From: Lingula anatina
Lineage: Eukaryota > Animalia > Brachiopoda
Direction of reading: 5' to 3'
NCBI GenBank assembly: GCA_051362555.1
Contig: CM120644.1
Span: forward strand, 7,758,954 to 7,822,953
Length of the DNA stretch: 64,000 nt
The position numbers were made by a program, and so were the translations under genes. Of this stretch, positions 26,341 to 38,768 are shown piece by piece. How positions within the stretch are numbered: position 1 is the stretch's first letter; every line of letters starts with the position of its first letter. The notes below the pieces were generated by a model that saw only the letters and a program-made list of their open reading frames with translations, was not told where the DNA came from and made no database searches.

Positions 26341-26555
26341 GATCTGTACTGACCAATTATTTTGCCATGGAGGTCAGCAACAAGGTAGTGCCCGACTTCA
26401 ACTAATTCAAGCAAAACTTTCAACGTTTCTTTGGACACTTCCCAGTGAACTTGATCAGTAAATTCGTATAATTCATCAAGGTCTTCTAATGTGGCAGGTC
26501 GAATAATGACTCCCGAATTCACGTCATGCATCTGTACGGTGGAAGCGCCAGACAT
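24855..26555 (-). CDS. GNAT N-acetyltransferase, YitH/holothin-acyltransferase-like, copy 3 (311 aa); exons 26555-26354, 26049-25963, 25501-24855
   Basis: Same 202/87/647-nt exon structure as copy 1, open frame, about 98% identical to copy 1 in exon 3 by eye count. Confidence 0.85.
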
Positions 26556-27339
26556 CTGGAAGAAAAATAAATTGAGCAGATCACAATGATGATGGGTTTT
26601 GCAAATGATTATTGCTAAACTAGCAACCGGCTTTGGCCAAATTGGATGTCTGTTTAAGATCCGTTTGTATAACATACCTTAATTTAGTTCAGACTTGGTT
26701 AAAACGGCGGTCACAGGTCTAATTCCACAGCTTTTTGTTTACAAATGACTGTGATATTTTAACAAATATGTCATTCCATTTGCAAGAGCTGACTTCAGGG
26801 ATACAACAGGCTTCATCAAGACAATACACTTGGACACAGCTCTCGTCTTGTGAGTGATTTGCTACAAAAATGCAAAGTTTTAAGGATGGAGAAACCGTCT
26901 TCGAGCCCTGTGTGTAGTACGGAGCACCTGTGGCATGAATAGGAGTGTGCAATGCAGAGGAGAACCAACCTCCTAATTTTATCAAACCAGCAGACGAGAG
27001 AGGTTTGGGGGGTTCGCCCTTTTTGTCAGGAAAACGGTAATTTCTGGACAAAATTTGATCTAGGTACTGAAGGGTTTTATTATAAAAGGTCTACTTTTTC
27101 AGAAAAAAGAACCATCCTTTTGAAATCGCTGGCTACGGGCCTGAATATGGACTAACTCTGCCAAAGGGACGCTACAGGGTAGACACACACGCTATTAGAC
27201 AAGTGTTCTTTAACGAGATCAAGCTGATGCTCATTGTTGGTAAGCTTGGTGACCTTTGGTGGTGTTTTTTAAACATATGGGCATTTTATTTTACCTCTGG
27301 GGAAATCACTGTGGAACATCAAATGGACGTGAAGGCATA

Positions 27340-27714
27340 AGTGGGTAAGGATGGATGGGTAGGGATCGATGGATAAAGTGAGTAAGGATGGAAGGATAGG
27401 GATGTGTGGGTAAGGATGGATGAGTAGGGATGTGCGGGTAAAGTGGGTAAGGATGGAGTGGTAGGGATGAGCGGGTAGGGATGTGTGGGTAATGACGGAT
27501 GGGAAGGGATGAGTGGGTGAGGATGGAGGGGTAGGGATGGGTGGGTGAAGATTGAGGGGCTGGGAGGGGTGGGTGAGGATGGAGGGGTAGGGATGGGTGG
27601 GTGAGGATGGAGGGGTAGGGATGGGTGGGTGAAGATTGAGGGGTTGGGAGGGGTGGGTGAGGATGGAGGGGTTGGGATGGGTGGGTAAGGATGGAGGGGT
27701 AGGGATGGATGGGT
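27340..27714 (+). repeat. G/purine-rich minisatellite, ~28-bp unit GGATGGAGGGGTAGGGATGGGTGGGTGA
   Basis: Direct tandem units, most homogeneous at 27520-27710. The Pro/His-rich ORFs on the minus strand are artefacts of the repeat. Confidence 0.9.
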
Positions 27715-29990
27715 CGAGATCACACATACTCTAGAGCATTCAAGTGGTCTTGATTTGTAATTATCATACTGTCTGGTTCCTGGATTTGCTACTCGTACTT
27801 AAATTTTGAGTTGCCCTTTTTTCTTGACTTTATTAGAGCTTAAGGCTATTTTTTGGTCTGATTAATAGAAGATATCTGCCATTGATCTCTGTGTCTTCCT
27901 GGCCTTAATAAGACTTCTGGGACAGAACGGAAGGAACCGTATTTTAAATGATGTTCATGTAGAAAGTACATTATTGTTGTGCCCCACTGGTAATAGCACT
28001 TCCTATTGATATCATGGTAATTAATGGAATCTGGTTTTAAATCTTTTTCTATGTGTCCTCCTGTGGTTGGGATGAGGCTGATTGAGGGCATTCAGAACAA
28101 TTGACTAACAGATCTGCAGATCTGTTATTTGATCCGTGTTCTGAATGCGCTCTTCGGGATAGAAAGTAAGAGCTTGCTTCATTAGTGAAACAATATATGT
28201 CACACATACTGCATATATATTAGACAACGAGCAAAGATAACACAGGGGCTGTAAGTGTCATTATCAAGTCCACATTGACCAGTTTGAAAGAAAATTGATT
28301 TTCTGAGAAACATAAAGAACCAGGCAGGATTACCAATAGCTTGTCAGTAATTTAAAGCTGATTGTTTAAACTATGCATATCTACAGCATCTTTAATGATT
28401 CAGGTTGCACCTTCTTGGCATCTATCACTTTTTGAGAAAAGATATTTATAGCCTAGTGCTAGTCGACAACTTAAAGAGGGAAGACAGCCCACTTCAGCAG
28501 GTATTTACCACTAGCAGGGCTTGGTTATTAACGAAAGGAATTTCTTTCCTTTTTTAGAAACACTAATGGCAGGTGCTCTTTCCATTAGTTTGACACTGCT
28601 TGACTTAATCGTCTCTCCTGAGATATCATTGAGGCCATTCAGAATGAAAAGAGCCGAGTGCTAGCTGGACACGGCCTAAATGTGGCGGACCTGCAATAGT
28701 CTCTCCGTCTCTTTCATGCCTCCCCGCGCGTCGTGCCTGCAGGGGCACATTTCTTAAATCTCGGCTCAGTTGGTCGGTAGAGGGACATCATAGGCAAGCC
28801 AAAAGTTTTCTGAAGTCAACTTTGGGCATTTGAATAATTTAAATGGTTGTTTTTTCATACTTTGTATACTCTGAATATAGGGAGGTTGTTCACTGCGTTA
28901 GCTACCATTAGGTACCAAATTATATTTAAATCACAGTTTGTAGATTGCAGGTTACCGATATACGGTAAACTGTCATTTCCCTAAACTTTTCTGATGATTG
29001 CAAAGTAGGATGTAATTAAAATGGACCAGTTTTCTGATTTGTTAAAATTAAGAACAATCACATGGAAATGATTTTGTAGCTTCCAGTGCTTAGAGGGTGA
29101 AAAGAAAACAAGTTAACGATTGTGATAATCTAGAGTCATATAGCGACTAAGAAATTTCATATCTGCTTAGAAAATGAGAGCTGTGAACACGTTTAAAACG
29201 AGAAAGAAAATGAAGAATTGTGTGTGTGAGTGACAGCTAGAGTAATTTGCGTGGTAGCCGTGGCTGTGGCTTTTCAATGACACTTACTCTGGGAAGTATG
29301 TTCTGGAAAAGAATGATTGTTGAATATATATAGAACAAAATATAGTTGGTTGATGTTCTTCATTGTTCAGGCGGACAGTGAAAATTGGTGAGAGAATTCA
29401 TTTCTTTAAGGGAGATTTTGTAGAGCTTCTGCCATTACTTGCACTTTTTTTAAAGCCAAATAACAGTGTCTGCATTCAGTTTTATCACTGATCAAAGAAT
29501 TTCCAGAAAGCGTTCGGTATTTCTGTCCTGCGAAAGGGGAAATATATTGGATAAATCTGATTCTTTTTTTTTTTTTCATTACAGAATATAACATCAACAT
29601 GTAGTGACCATTGTGATAGATTCTACATCTGAAAAGCTTTGGACTTCAGTCACCATGGCAACAAAATAAGACTCCAATCCAAATGCAGCTTAAAAATAAA
29701 TTTTCTCATTAAAATCCAGTACCTTTTCAAAAAATGGAAATAATATTCTATTTAGAATTTCAAGTTCTAGGTCATTTCTAAAGAGGAAAGAGGTTAAGTG
29801 CCACGTAAATTATAATCATTAAGATTATCTGATTCGAAAAGAAAGCAAAAAAGGGCATTGTGAGTATAATTAGGCTAATTTCAAGGTCATTTTAAGGGTC
29901 AAGGGCAGTTAAAAGCAGCAGCATGGTGAGTCGATAAACGGAAGCTGCAGTATCGTAAAACTGTGATAGCCACATGGCTGCTTTGTTTTA

Positions 29991-30999
29991 AGGGAGACCG
30001 GTCTAGTTGGCCCAGTGAGACACTTTTGGCCTTGTAGAGCCAACTAGGAATGAGTAGAGTAACAAAGCCAGTTTCAAAGTAAGCCCCATGAAATGAGCTA
30101 CGTATGCAACGGCATTATTTTTCAAATATAATGCTAGATGGCTCACAAATTGACAAAAAAAAAACGCAGTTGACGTCAGGGGGGCCCACTTGACCCGCCA
30201 CGGGGCAAGTTGGCCCCAGGGTCGGGGCAAGTTGGCAAGTATCCCATGTCAACGCCTTGAAATACATTTTTTTTCAATTTTAACTTATTAAATTGATTTT
30301 TGAGAGTCTTTGATTAATAAAAAGTTCAAACGAGGCAGATTTACTGAGGTTTCCGTACGTCACGTTGTAAGGGGGGGGGGGGGGGGCTATGTGTTGCAAG
30401 AACCAAAATATCTCTCAATAAAATTTGTTTTGTTTTAATTAAGAATAAACTGATAATGGTATAAAGCAGGTATTTAACGAATGAAAACGATTAATAAATT
30501 TTCGTTTTATTAAAAGAAAGTAACAAATGTTTTAAACCTTTGAGTTTGTTTCAACAATGGTCTCTAGCTTTGTTGCGGTTTGTGGGTAATATAAGGGTCC
30601 AACTTGCCCCGAGCCAAGGGGGCCAACTAGCCCCGTGTGCACACTTTTTACTTAAAGGATGGCAGCCATTTGTGGTGCTGGAATGAGCAAAGATGATACA
30701 TCTCTGTGAAACTTGAAACAATGAGCTTAAGTTTAATGCCCTCTACATATATTATATTCGATCAAAAGCCTATGAAAAAAGATTTTGAGTTTCTTAAACA
30801 AAATTACTTTTAGGTGCAAAAATCATTTATTTCAACTCACAGCCTAAGTAAAACACTTCACAAGAGTATGTGGCCATTTTTTTTAACTCGTAGTTACTTT
30901 TTCATAAATTGACGGGGGAGGGGGGGGCAGGGGCGGGGACGGGGGGGGGGGAGGAGATGGGGCAACTTACCCCGGGGTCCAACTAACCCCGGTCTCCCC
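29991..30999. mobile_element. TA-flanked non-autonomous TIR element (pogo/Tc1-mariner superfamily-like)
   Basis: TA|AGGGAGACCGGTCTAGTTGG ... CCAACTAACCCCGGTCTCCCC|TA; internal GGGGCAAGTTGG(CCC) motifs in both orientations. Confidence 0.65.
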
Positions 31000-33900
31000 T
31001 ATATTGGACGTATTTCTTCTCGTGTATAACGTAGACTGCACGAACAATACATCTACAGTGAACTGTAATAATAACCCCAGGGGAAAAGGTAGCAGAAATG
31101 AAGGCGATTAATACAGCAAACCAGAAGCATTTTAACAAAATATGTATATTTGGTGGATTATTTTTCTGAGGAATAAGTGAACAATTACTGAACACACACA
31201 GGCACGTACATCATAAAATGTATACATTTGGTCTTGAGGAAAGACCCTTAAACTTAATTGCCTTGAAGTTTAGTATATCTTAAGGAACAGATATGAAGTC
31301 TAAGATAGGGCGTTGGTTCAAATTTTCCACTTGTAAAAAAGCATAATTTTAGTCTTCACAACGGATGCATCACGTAGTACACTAGATTTTGTTAACCGTA
31401 ATTTAATGTAAAACTACTCCTGATTTTCCATCCTGCAATTAGAAAGCACCAGTTTTAGTAAATGTAGTTAGACTTATTGATCATGCATCTATATAAACAG
31501 ATTTTCCCCTGTATCTCCTCACAGTAATCTTCTTAAAACAATTTTTGGTTTTCCTTTGAACCTATTATTGATTTAACCATTATCCGCTCTTCAAGAAGAC
31601 ACTTGAATCTACCTTCTAATCATCTACGTCTTTGCCACATTGCTGCACAACACAAACGAATCTGGAAATTTGATTACGGTAAATCCTCGTTTCATTGAAG
31701 CAAATTAAACTGATTGCCTATTGGAAGATTTTATCCATAACATTCGACAAAAGGGGTTAGACAGATTTCTTAAAGGTGAGTTGGTACTCATCAGAAAGCA
31801 TTTTGGAGGGTAGGTAATACTGATCAACATTTTGAGCAAAGAATACTAAAAAGTGGTTTGAAATTTACGAGTGATTCCTGTAATATAAAAAAACAGGCTT
31901 GCAGCAGTTGATGACCTAATTTTCTAACATTCGGTCAATAAGCCACCTGGGAATAAACTCTTGGAATAAAAAATACAGGAAATGATGCGTCATCATTGCA
32001 TGAGAGTGGAAATCTTATAACAACAAGTTGCATATGGAATAAAAAGACTGAGGGGGGAGGAAGATCGGTGTAAGACTAGAAAAAATGTGGTGACTCTCTG
32101 TAACCAAGTCTTTTTAACTTTAAGTTAATGTGTAAATCCTAATGTGATTGTTAATGTCAATTATGCATTTAGATTAAAGAAATGTGTAGGCTATAATATT
32201 TAATGCACTGCGACTATTTCGTCTACAGCATTGTGCACTTTATAGGAAGTATATGCATCAAGGGGGTTGAACTCCAAAATTTCTAAAATTTTGTCTCTTT
32301 TACTCACTGTATACCCTTGAAATAACATATGAATAACGGCGCACATTTCTTCGACACAAATGTGACTATGAGATATACAGGTGCTAAGCTTATACTTATA
32401 CCCTGATGTTTTAAACCATTCAATGCTCAGTGATATAAGAATGCTCATGGAACAAAGCGATTCTTCAAAGGCCAGGGAATTGAGCACGTAGATTGTCCTG
32501 ATTTTAAATTTACAGACCACTGGTGGGACGCTTGACATAGTGTTGTAAGAAAATGAGTGGTCCAGCCTACCACATTGAATGACTTGAGACATGCTCTTGT
32601 CGAGGAGTGGTCTGACAATATAACAGTTAAAAAAACTCCAGAAACTTGTACATGTAAAGTCAATATTTCAAATAATAATTCGCACCATTCAGGTTCAAGC
32701 AACAACACCAGATACCAACTTCATGACGGAATCCCTCATGGTATAGCAACACCTTTAGATGTCTCCGGAATTCCTCCTTGAACCTAAATTTTGGTTGGAG
32801 CTTTTCTTTTCCCTAAAATGCACTAGGAATTAGTTGAAGCAATTTCTATAAATGGTTCAATGACACTCACCTTAATTTGTTCAGTTTCTTGATCAGACAG
32901 GTGCGGTTAAACTGTTGTACAATATGGCACAATATGGTATAACTGTGCTAAATTGGGTCAAACCACTTAAATAAATTATTTACGTCAAAAAACGACACAC
33001 GCACAGATGACATCTATTTAATGAACATCATCTGGGCGTACCATAAGTTCTAAATTTCGGTATTGCCAGGTTGATCTTGATTTCATATATAACCCATATC
33101 TGCAATACCAAACTCTGGCCACTACCGTCAAAAGGCGGGCGTATCCGGCAAAATTTTGCCTGTGGCGCTTCCATATTTGAAAGTCTCAAGTCTCGTACGT
33201 CACAGCTGTGTCCGCCTGGAGCTTCCTTATTTGGAAGTTACAAGCTTTGTACGTCACAGCTCTGTGCCACCTTGCGCTGACGTTATCTTGTGCAGAGTGG
33301 CTGACGCGGAGTGTGGCTGACGCGGAGTGTGAAGTTTGAACTAAGAATATCTTGCTTTCCAAGGTCAGTGCCACAACACAAGCAAATTTTGCTTTAAAAA
33401 CTGATTTTTGGTGTAGCTATTGCGCAGTCCTTATGGTGGTATCGGGCATACAATGTAGCTGTCAAGCTTGGCACACAACAAGCACATGTATTATGTTTAT
33501 ATCTCCAGGAGCAAATTCTTTTGATAAGCAAAAGGTGCAAATCATCTGGTATATCTTTTTCTTTAAAAATATGTTTTTTTGTTGTTGCTAATTTTCATCT
33601 TATATACAGTAAATACAATTAAATAAAGCAAAATTAAATCTGTTTTACGTTTCATTTTGGACTGGTGACTTTAAACTGCAGATTAACTGCGGATCAGTTC
33701 TATTTGATTGACGGAAATCGAACATCGTCGCTGTTCCTCAGGGCCTCTAAAAGTGATCCCATGACAAGGTATGAATAGTGAACAAGCTAGCTTTTAATGT
33801 GCCCTGACACTCAGGGTATCTGGACGCGGTCTTGCCAACAATATCACCTGTAGTGACAGCTCCCTGAAGATGTCCTTGCTTCTTAACTCCACCCCCTAGC

Positions 33901-34035
33901 CATGTTAAATACTATACATCTCTTCTGGTCCTCAAATCAAATTCGGTCCCTTGGTTATAAACTGTTTACAAGAAGCTTTCTACAAATTATAACTATACAT
34001 CATTTTGCATGGAGTTAAAAACACCCATAACGGGT

Positions 34036-34081
<46 letters not shown>

Positions 34082-34960
34082 AGGGGGGGAGGGGCACCTC
34101 ACTCACTGTCATGATGGTGCGTCTCAAACCTGTAAACTTCCTGACCCTTTAAAACACCGCTACAGATGTAGACACTCTAACCTAAAAATATTATGTTCAA
34201 TGTTAAAAAACTTTTAACAAAAAGTGAAAATGAGAGCCACACATATTTAGTTTAATATCGGCATAAATATATGGCATGTTCCATTATTTTCTCTTGTTTA
34301 TGTTATTGTACATGTACCCTCTAACTGGTAAAGCAGCCAACAGTTATTAAAAGTGATATGAAACACCAATAAAAACGTTATGTAAAACGTGAGCGTCGGT
34401 AACGTGACTCAGACGTTCACTTCCCTGGAGTGCAGTTGAGATAAGTTAATTTACGCTCTCATATCTTTCATATCAAAACAATGGGTAGTTATTACAAGAG
34501 GTCAGGATGGGAGGGGGAGCATAAGAGAATTATACTAGCAATATACTAGGGAATACCCTGTAATTTATCAATTTATCTTTTTTAATTCATGCCGAGAAGT
34601 ATCACCTTACCTGTCGATCACATGACCGTTTAAACAAATAAAATTGTTTTTTAATAACACCACCCCCCACCCCACCGAACGACATATTAGCATGCTTCTG
34701 AATAAAAACTACATGCCAAAGAAAATGATTTAGAGGCCCAAAAAGAGGCAGCCAAGTGCACGTTTCGGTATGACTATTAAGAACTGTGGGTTTAATAGAA
34801 ACATAGTCTATCAATAAACAAACAAATTCCTACAGTATGACACAGCTGACCATGTGCGGATTTGATTGAGGGTTTACATATATGACGCATACCCGTAGAT
34901 AAAGAGTTTTTACTGTTGCTTTTGGGCCATGGAGCCAATCCAAGGCATAACAAAAATAAC

Positions 34961-35292
34961 AATAACTCTTCGTTTCGGCCAAAAAATGAATTTTCCTGGA
35001 GTAAACAACAATTTTCCCATACTAACCAATGGTTAATGAATCCATTTTTACATTCAAAGTTAGTCCCTGTTTTTTTTCTAAAAAGTTTGGTTTTTTGTTA
35101 AAATCTCTTAAGAGATTTTAACAGAGTATAGCCATCAATGGAGGTCACGTGGTCTAAAGACCAGTTCAGATATCTGAAAAAATAGCTAAAACTGCCGTTT
35201 TTGTGGTAAAATAGAATATATTATATTTCTATGAGTTATTCACAATGTTTTTATTGTGAAATATAGATCTCATACGAAGATATATTATCCCT
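34961..35292. mobile_element. Third copy of the Kolobok-like MITE, left end eroded
   Basis: Collinear with 7397-7732; ends TATTATCCCT|TTAA; flanks differ from the other two copies. Confidence 0.75.
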
Positions 35293-38200
35293 TTAACGTT
35301 AATTGTATATCTATTTAATTGTTCGAAGCCTTTTACCGTATATTCTATTTTGCGCCTTTTATCTCTTATGCAACTATCATGTTATGAAATAACGATCTGA
35401 AATAAAAAAAGATTTCAAATTGAGCCTTTCTTTTGATATACTTCATCATGTTTCGTGGTTATCTAGCTTGGTCGGTTAAGAAGATATATATATATCTCCC
35501 CCCCCCCCTTGCCCATTTATTTCAACCTGTAAGATCGGTAAGTCGGTAGTCTGGCTCGGGTAACAGAATCTCACTATCTCCACATTTGGTTTCTATCAAG
35601 CTCGTTCAAGAGCTTAGGACAAACATATAGTTCCTCGGACCAGCAAATCAGGAGTGGGGGAGTACAGTGGGAGTAGAGTGAAACATGTCTTCTCAATATG
35701 GAAATCTATATATTTTTGGTAATTTTCTTTTTAACATTTACAAACACTATAAAATACCCTTTCTAGAATTAATATCATGTTCACACATTTCTGTAATGTC
35801 CCGAACTAGAGGAGAGTGTTATAAATTAAACTCATCTTGGCAATGACCGCTAGCCAGTTAGCCGGCAGAGTGATTTAGTTATTATATTTAACATTTATAT
35901 TTTTATTAATATTAAACAATCTTTACTGTTTGCAGGTATACTTGTTTAGAACATGTACTCTGCGCCATACAATAGCAATGGTGCAAAGTACGAAGTGATA
36001 TACTTGTTAAATCCTGCAATAATTTTTTTTTTCAAATATCAAATTTTATTAGATGTTTGAATACAAAATTGTTATAAAGACATGAAAGAAGCAAGGTGAG
36101 CATATATGCTCGGAGTTTTGTCTGAGAGTGATATTTCTCGAGTTCAACTCACTGCCCTGTGAAGCCATATTTTTGTGGCCTGAGATGCCGTATCCATTTC
36201 GTTGTGACATGACCTAGGCCTGCCAAAAGCAAGTCTGCGTGCTCTTTTCATCTTTCGGATCTGTCACATTAATCAAGAAACAGAGTATCATAGACTATCA
36301 GTTACAAGTATTGGATTGGAAGCATGAAGGGGATAAATAATTATAAGCAGTATCCTTGGGACACAAGGTTACTCTGCAGTTTATCTATTTCAATTTATGC
36401 TGTGAAATAGCACCCAATTAGCCTGTTGATTTCGCTAATCAACCAAATGAGCGTTAATTGGGTTGCTAAAATGCAAGTAATTAACACCCTCCCCTCCCCG
36501 AACGTCATACTGGCAGATTTGCAAATGAAGACTATACCGCAGAAAAAGTTTGGGGCCCAAAAGAGAGCCAGCTAAGGACATGTTTGGGGAACACGTTTGT
36601 ACACGTCATGATGGACATTTACAGGTGTAAGACCAGAACAGAGCCTCTTGTAAACAGTTTAGAACCAAGGGACCGAATTTGATTTGAGGACCAGAAGAGA
36701 CGCTAAACAGTGCGATCTTGCCAACAATATCACCTGTAGTGACAGCTCCCTGAAGATGTCCTTGCTTCTTAACTCCACCCCCTAGCCATGTTAAATACTA
36801 TACAATATATCATTTTTAAACAAAGCCACATAGGATATGAGCAACTATCTTCATATATAACTTTGACCTTTCATTTGGTAATGGCCTGAAAGGACTTGTC
36901 ACACGATCTATTGTCAAACGGCTAGGAGAATTCTCCACCACCCCGTCCCATTTGTGCGAGAGGATAAACAAGAGGCTTCTTTTACTTGTTGAGTGTTCGG
37001 TTTTCTACCCGCGCCCAAGTAGCTCCTTTGGTGCTGCTTTTGCCTCCTAGTATTCCTCCTGGTCACGAATGGCGAAGTCCTCATCATCTGTTATATATGA
37101 CCAGTGTCTCTGGTGTGTTGGAAAAATCTCAGAGTAATTGTAGTCCATTAACGCTGGGTCTTCTATGCTGGTTTATTGGTACTTTTAAATTTTGTTTTGT
37201 TTTTGCAATGTGTGTCCCTGAACAGTCAGTAGAACCACAAACAGCGATATGTAGTCCAGCTATGTCTGAACTTTTGTCTCTAAATCTACAATTGGGAACC
37301 TTAGAGCTACCTTAGAGGAAAATATGCGATAAAGCTTGCGGGATTTATAGACTCTTCCCGAAATAGACAAAGCCACGTTCAAATTATAGAATTTGTCATT
37401 TTTTGTCTTTAAGTATATTCATATAGAGTATTTTTCTTGTGTTTATTACAATTCTTTAGTGTAATATAAAACCAGCTTTGCAGCATTCTCTACGCTGGAG
37501 AATATAAATATAAAGTTTATAGATTGTATACGTAATGCTTTCTGAAATAAATCTTACTTTATGTACTAATAGTAGGGCTTACTACTACTTAGGAATAGTT
37601 ATTCTTACATGTCACTTACATCCTCAGCTTTGGTGGATGGATATTCTGACTCTTTCTTTTTGTTGGCTTTTACAAACGCTCAGTCAGGATACCTACAATT
37701 TCTGAGTGACTTCTGAATGTAAGTATGTTCAATAGGGAAAGGATCTTGATAACTGAAGACTATATGACATCGCTGTATTGGAGTGTTCTTATTACTCCAA
37801 GTTTGTGTGTGTGTAACAGGATGAAGTAGTGCAGAGTCGTGATACTTTTAAATGTATTAATTCTACTGTCTATCTACTGGTATAGTAATACCGGTTTAAT
37901 ATGCCATGCTAACGTAATGGTCTTTGTCTTAATTTGTTATTGTTTTGTTGTTTTCTATTCATTTTCCCTTCCAGGTCTTTTCCACTATGGAGCCTGCCTT
38001 TCCTTGTTCAACCTCGACAGTCGCTTTGTGTTCGTGCAGTACACTCAATATAATAAGTGCATTTCTCTTTATTCAGGTATGTACTTGTAACATATTTGTT
38101 CATCTTAGTCAGGCGTGCGTTGCATGTTCGTTTGTGTATTATTACCTTATTTCTTATTCAAGAATGTAGTGTCATGGCTCAACCTGTATATATACTTTGT

Positions 38201-38768
38201 GCGCATAAAGTACAAATATACTTGCAATACTTCTATTTCTCTTTATTCAAAAATAAATGAATAAAAAAAAAAAAACACCAAGAAGCCTTGCATGTGGTGC
38301 TGCGAGCGGGTTACTTCATGTATCTCTGATCTTCATGAATGTATGAGAAGTCACGGTGTGGTCATATCACTGAACTGAGGAAAAATAGAAATGCATACAG
38401 AAAGGGTCATGGGTTGCATTGTGTACATGGCTTAGGCCGTTCATATTCGGATCAGTGAATTGCTATGCATGTCTGAAACCAGTAGAAGGTAGACGAGAGT
38501 TGATAACCATAGTCGTCAACTGCTGTTGGCTGAGGAGGACGACTAGCAGATGGGCGTGACCTCCACAGATACCCTACTTCTTTTTCCGCAAGTTGTGTCA
38601 AAGGTAATTCGTCTTGTTACGATTAGATGGTGATTCTAAACTACATCAATTCCAAGAAACATTAGCCCTATGAAATAATGTCGATTCCGAGTCGCAGTCA
38701 CCAAGCTCTTTCCATATGATACAGACTGTATGCCGTTGTTCTGCGACGCGGTATATTAGCGGCATACC

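Noticed and set aside
27269-27727. Pro/His-rich extensin-like ORFs
   Set aside because: Translations of the minisatellite.
27750-28700. Possible decayed LINE endonuclease on the minus strand, and similar coding-like sequence at 31400-32070
   Set aside because: Only vague resemblance; no motif I can defend without a translated search.
28755-28800. tRNA/SINE-like A-box (GGCTCAGTTGGTCGGTAGAG)
   Set aside because: No B-box or cloverleaf follows.
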